64,000 bases of DNA from an uncultured Acidobacteriota bacterium (lineage in GTDB: Bacteria > Acidobacteriota > UBA6911): positions 448,001 through 512,000 of the forward strand of contig CAWEJX010000001.1 of assembly GCA_963809485.1 (NCBI GenBank), given 5' to 3'. Position numbers and translations under genes: made by a program. Below are positions 60,910-64,000 of the stretch, in pieces (within the stretch, counting starts at the first letter, position 1; each line of letters starts with the position of its first letter). Under the pieces are notes generated by a model. That model was not told the origin of the DNA. It did not search any database and saw only the letters and a list, made by a program, of their open reading frames with translations.

Positions 60910-62100
60910 TTACTCTTTTCCCGACTTCTTTGCAGATACGAGTGTGGCGCGCGTAATGGCCCGATCGCCGAATCTTTGGGCAATGTCATCCAGCGCTGCT
61001 GCAAGTTTCCGGTCCTTGTGGGAAACCGGCTCGAACAGGGACATCTGCGTATCTTCGGTGCCGAACTCCAGGTTACTGGCATACACGCCGATAAGCCGGA
61101 CCAGGATGCCCTCGTGCAGGAGGGACTTCATTAGTTTTCGCGCAACGGGGCAAATTTTTTCCGATGTGTCCACGGATCCGTTTAGCGTAGTCCGCCGGGT
61201 GAAAGTTGAGAAGTCCGCTTCGCGAAACTTTATGGCGACAGTCCGCGCCCGGACCCCCTGAGCTCGAAGCCTTCGAGCCACCCTTTCGGATAGATCCAGC
61301 AGCGTCCTGTCCAGCAGCGCCTGGTCGGCGGTGTCCGACTCGAATGTGATTTCATGCCCGATGGACTTGAATCCATCCTCGGGGACGACATCGCGTTCAT
61401 CGATCCCCCGTGAAAGCTGCCAGAGGTGGGATCCGACCTTCCCGAGCCGCGAGGACAATTCGCTCAATTCCATGTCCGCAAGCTGGCCGATCCGTTCCAG
61501 TCCCATGTTTTTCAGGCCTGCTTCGGTTTTGGGCCCGACCCCCCACAACCGGCCTATGGGGAGTGGCGACAAAAACTCCCTCTCACTGCCGGGAGTCACG
61601 ACAACCAGTCCATCCGGTTTTTTTAAATCGGAGGCTATTTTCGCGATAAATTTATTTCCCGCAACTCCGACGGATGCCGTCAATTGCAGTTCATCCCTAA
61701 TCCTGGACTTGATTCTTTGTGCAATCTCCGGCCCTGCACCAAACAGCTTTGCGCTCCCGGTAACATCCATGAAGGCTTCATCAATGCTTACCTGTTCCAG
61801 CATGTCTGTAAAATCAAGCAGAATGCTCATGACGCATGAGGAAGCGCGGGCGTATTTTCCCATGTCGGGCCGCACATAAATGCCCTGCGGACACAGTTTC
61901 CAGGCCCGCGATATGGGCTGTGCGGAATGGACGCCGAACTTCCGCGCCTCATAGGAGCAGGTCGCCACGATTCCGCGACCTTTGCCTTGCCTGGGATCCG
62001 AGCCTACAATAACCGGCTTACCCCTGAGTTCGGCATGATCCCTCTGCTCCACTGCCGCATAGAAGGCATCCATGTCGACGTGCAGAATCGTCCGGCCCAC
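60910..62100 (-). CDS. dinB: DNA polymerase IV
   Basis: LHVDMDAFYA, CSYEARKFG, SIDEAFMD and AKIASDLKKPDG. Confidence 0.95.
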   Translation of the reverse strand: MGRTILHVDMDAFYAAVEQRDHAELRGKPVIVGSDPRQGKGRGIVATCSYEARKFGVHSAQPISRAWKLCPQGIYVRPDMGKYARASSCVMSILLDFTDMLEQVSIDEAFMDVTGSAKLFGAGPEIAQRIKSRIRDELQLTASVGVAGNKFIAKIASDLKKPDGLVVVTPGSEREFLSPLPIGRLWGVGPKTEAGLKNMGLERIGQLADMELSELSSRLGKVGSHLWQLSRGIDERDVVPEDGFKSIGHEITFESDTADQALLDRTLLDLSERVARRLRAQGVRARTVAIKFREADFSTFTRRTTLNGSVDTSEKICPVARKLMKSLLHEGILVRLIGVYASNLEFGTEDTQMSLFEPVSHKDRKLAAALDDIAQRFGDRAITRATLVSAKKSGKE

Positions 62101-62115
62101 CGCAGCCCCCAGACA

Positions 62116-62329
62116 GATTTACGATTTACGATTTACGATTGACGAATTAAAACATACCACGAGGACGGCCATTCTACAGGAATGGATCGACGCTCTGAAT
62201 GGATTAGGGATTGGCGGAAATAGACTCACGGTTCCGTTCCGCCCATGGAAATGAGGCACCCGGCTGATTTTGAAGACCGACCGGAAAATTCTGTTTCAAA
62301 TCGTAAATCGAAAATCGTCAATCGTAAAT
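62116..62329. repeat. Two inverted heptamer tandem arrays: (GATTTAC)n ... (AAATCGT)n
   Basis: 62116-62145 GATTTAC x3 + GATTGAC; 62298-62329 AAATCGT AAATCGA AAATCGT CAATCGT; about 150-bp spacer. Confidence 0.75.
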
Positions 62330-62362
62330 TTCCAGGGCTTCTGCTATCATCATTAGTTTTGA

Positions 62363-62379
62363 TTGAAATCAGCTTTCAG
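62363..62379. promoter_or_regulatory. Candidate Fur-type box upstream of feoB
   Basis: TTGAAA-TCAGC-TTTCAG fits the TGAAA-N5-TTTCA inverted repeat, 17 nt before the feoB ATG. Confidence 0.45.
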
Positions 62380-62396
62380 GAAGGCTCAATTCAGGC

Positions 62397-64000
62397 ATGG
62401 CGGCGGCAATCCGTTCCGATTCGATAAAAGTGATTCTGGTGGGGAATCCCAATGTAGGCAAGTCTGTTATTTTCAGAATGTTGACGGGCAATTACGTGCT
62501 GGTTTCCAATTTTCCCGGAACAACCGTGGAGGTATCCCGGGGCAGGATGCAGATCGGGGGAAAAAGCTATCAGATCATAGACACGCCCGGCGTGAACAGC
62601 CTTCTTCCGCAGTCGGAGGATGAACGGGTCGCATGCGAGATTCTGCTGCGCGAAAAACCGGACGTGATTGTTCAGGTCGCTGATGCCAAAAACCTGCGCC
62701 GCACGCTGCTGATCACTTCGCAGCTTGTGGAGTTTGGAATCCCGCTGGTTCTCGTCCTGAACATGATCGATGAAGCCGAGGAACGGGGTATCGAGATCGA
62801 TTCCGAAGGTTTGTCAAAGCTGTTTTCCGTACCTGTAGTGGAAACGGTAGCGATTTATTCCAGGGGAAGGAAGCAGCTGCTGAATGCGATACAGACCGCA
62901 GAAAGGCCCTGCAATCCGCTTCGCGACCTGCATGCCGGCGAAAAGAGCGGCCTCTCGCTGGACAGCCTGGCTGCACCTGCCCTGCTTTCGGTTGAGTGGA
63001 TGGCGGAAGCGGACCGGGAGCTTGTACGAACAATCGCTGAATCCATAGGCCCTGAAGCATTCACCCGGCTGCAGGAATGGCAAACGGCTTTTCGTGCCGC
63101 AGCCCATACCAGCCCGGCACGGGAGATCGAGGAAGCCAGAAACAGGTTGCTCGACCAGCTGGTGCCCTCGTTCAAAAAAAGGAGGCAAATCCGCTTCCTG
63201 GAAAAAAACGGGAGCCTTCAGCGCTTCTGGATGAGCCTGCTGGTTTTCGGGCTGTTCCTCTTCGCCTGGAATGAACTCGGGGGCCTTCTGCACATCCCGA
63301 CGCCTTATACTGCCATACTTCAGATGGCCGGGAACCGCCTGGATGCATCCATAAGCGCGAGCTATCCGCGGGATAGCCTGATTCGCAGCTTCCTGCTGGA
63401 GAAAAATCCGCAGGGACGGCTCGAATACGGGCTCATTCCTGCAGCAATCCACTTCCTGCTTTTCATCGCTCCCATTCTCGTGCCCCTGGGCGTACTGCTT
63501 ATTAGAAGCCGGAGTTTTGCCCACGAACTGGGAATCCTGACGCGGCGCGCATCAACCGGAATTCCGATACTCCTGGTCGTGCTCCTGCTGCTCTATGAAT
63601 TCGTCGGCTACACCGGCGCGCAGATTTTCGTCGGCCTCCTGGAAGATGTGCTGTTCGGCCGGTATCTTATCCCATATTTGCAGACGCTGCTTTCCCCGGG
63701 ATTTTTCTCGCAGCTGATCGCGGGCAGATATGGCCTTGTATCCATGGGATTGACTTACGCCCTGGGAATCGTCCTGCCGGTCGTGGGAGCTTTTTTTATA
63801 GCATTCGGACTGCTCGAGGACAGCGGTTACCTGCCGAGGCTTTCCATTCTTTCGGACCGGCTGATGAGGATTATGGGACTGAACGGAAAGGCTGTCCTGC
63901 CGATGGTTCTGGGTTTCGGATGCGGCACGATGGCCACGATGTCCACACGAATCCTCAACTCCAAACGGGAAAGGCTCATCGCCATACTGCTTCTCGCTCT
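62397..64000 (+). CDS. feoB: Ferrous iron transporter FeoB (3' end outside window; not in the ORF track)
   Basis: Read from ATG 62397: VGNPNVGKS, SNFPGTTVE, DTPG, LNMIDEA ... LEDSGYLPRL and MGLNGKAVLPMVLGFGC. Confidence 0.93.
   Translation, partial: MAAAIRSDSIKVILVGNPNVGKSVIFRMLTGNYVLVSNFPGTTVEVSRGRMQIGGKSYQIIDTPGVNSLLPQSEDERVACEILLREKPDVIVQVADAKNLRRTLLITSQLVEFGIPLVLVLNMIDEAEERGIEIDSEGLSKLFSVPVVETVAIYSRGRKQLLNAIQTAERPCNPLRDLHAGEKSGLSLDSLAAPALLSVEWMAEADRELVRTIAESIGPEAFTRLQEWQTAFRAAAHTSPAREIEEARNRLLDQLVPSFKKRRQIRFLEKNGSLQRFWMSLLVFGLFLFAWNELGGLLHIPTPYTAILQMAGNRLDASISASYPRDSLIRSFLLEKNPQGRLEYGLIPAAIHFLLFIAPILVPLGVLLIRSRSFAHELGILTRRASTGIPILLVVLLLLYEFVGYTGAQIFVGLLEDVLFGRYLIPYLQTLLSPGFFSQLIAGRYGLVSMGLTYALGIVLPVVGAFFIAFGLLEDSGYLPRLSILSDRLMRIMGLNGKAVLPMVLGFGCGTMATMSTRILNSKRERLIAILLLA

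Noticed and set aside
62100-62397. LexA/SOS box upstream of dinB
   Set aside because: No convincing match to LexA motifs I know (CTGT-N8-ACAG, GAAC-N4-GTTC, GTTC-N7-GTTC).
1-64000. CRISPR array, tRNA, rRNA, integrase or intact transposase
   Set aside because: None recognised; the repeats found are dispersed palindromes or heptamer arrays, not repeat-spacer arrays.

Overview
Bacterial window of moderately high GC, probably from an anaerobe and possibly Acidobacteriota (the taxonomy is inferred only). It has four blocks. (1) 1-14 kb: an exopolysaccharide/PEP-CTERM locus with glycosyltransferases, nucleotide-sugar enzymes, a PEP-CTERM protein, a CAAX protease, an ExeA-type ATPase and a TIGR03790-TPR protein. 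(2) About 15.7-47 kb: an almost entirely minus-strand anaerobic aromatic-degradation region. It carries a complete class II (tungsten) benzoyl-CoA reductase operon bamBCDEFGHI, in which bamF has an in-frame Sec TGA plus a SECIS-like hairpin and bamH is an unusual NuoF-GltD fusion. It also carries oah/had/dch, a wHTH-GNAT regulator with a perfect 30-bp palindrome over its start, beta-oxidation genes, a CoA-transferase, an ADP-forming acyl-CoA ligase coupled to a JAB protein, and a Tat-less PadBCD-like molybdoenzyme. (3) 47-51 kb: uvrD/pcrA and an APC permease with many indels, probably assembly errors. (4) 51-64 kb: housekeeping genes nfo, glgC, hisDCBHAFI, pepP, dinB and a partial feoB. The most striking non-coding signal is a ~400-bp element present three times. 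It has IS200-like ends but no transposase and a nested long palindrome, and its 43-bp central loop is inverted in one copy. No rRNA, tRNA or CRISPR array was seen.
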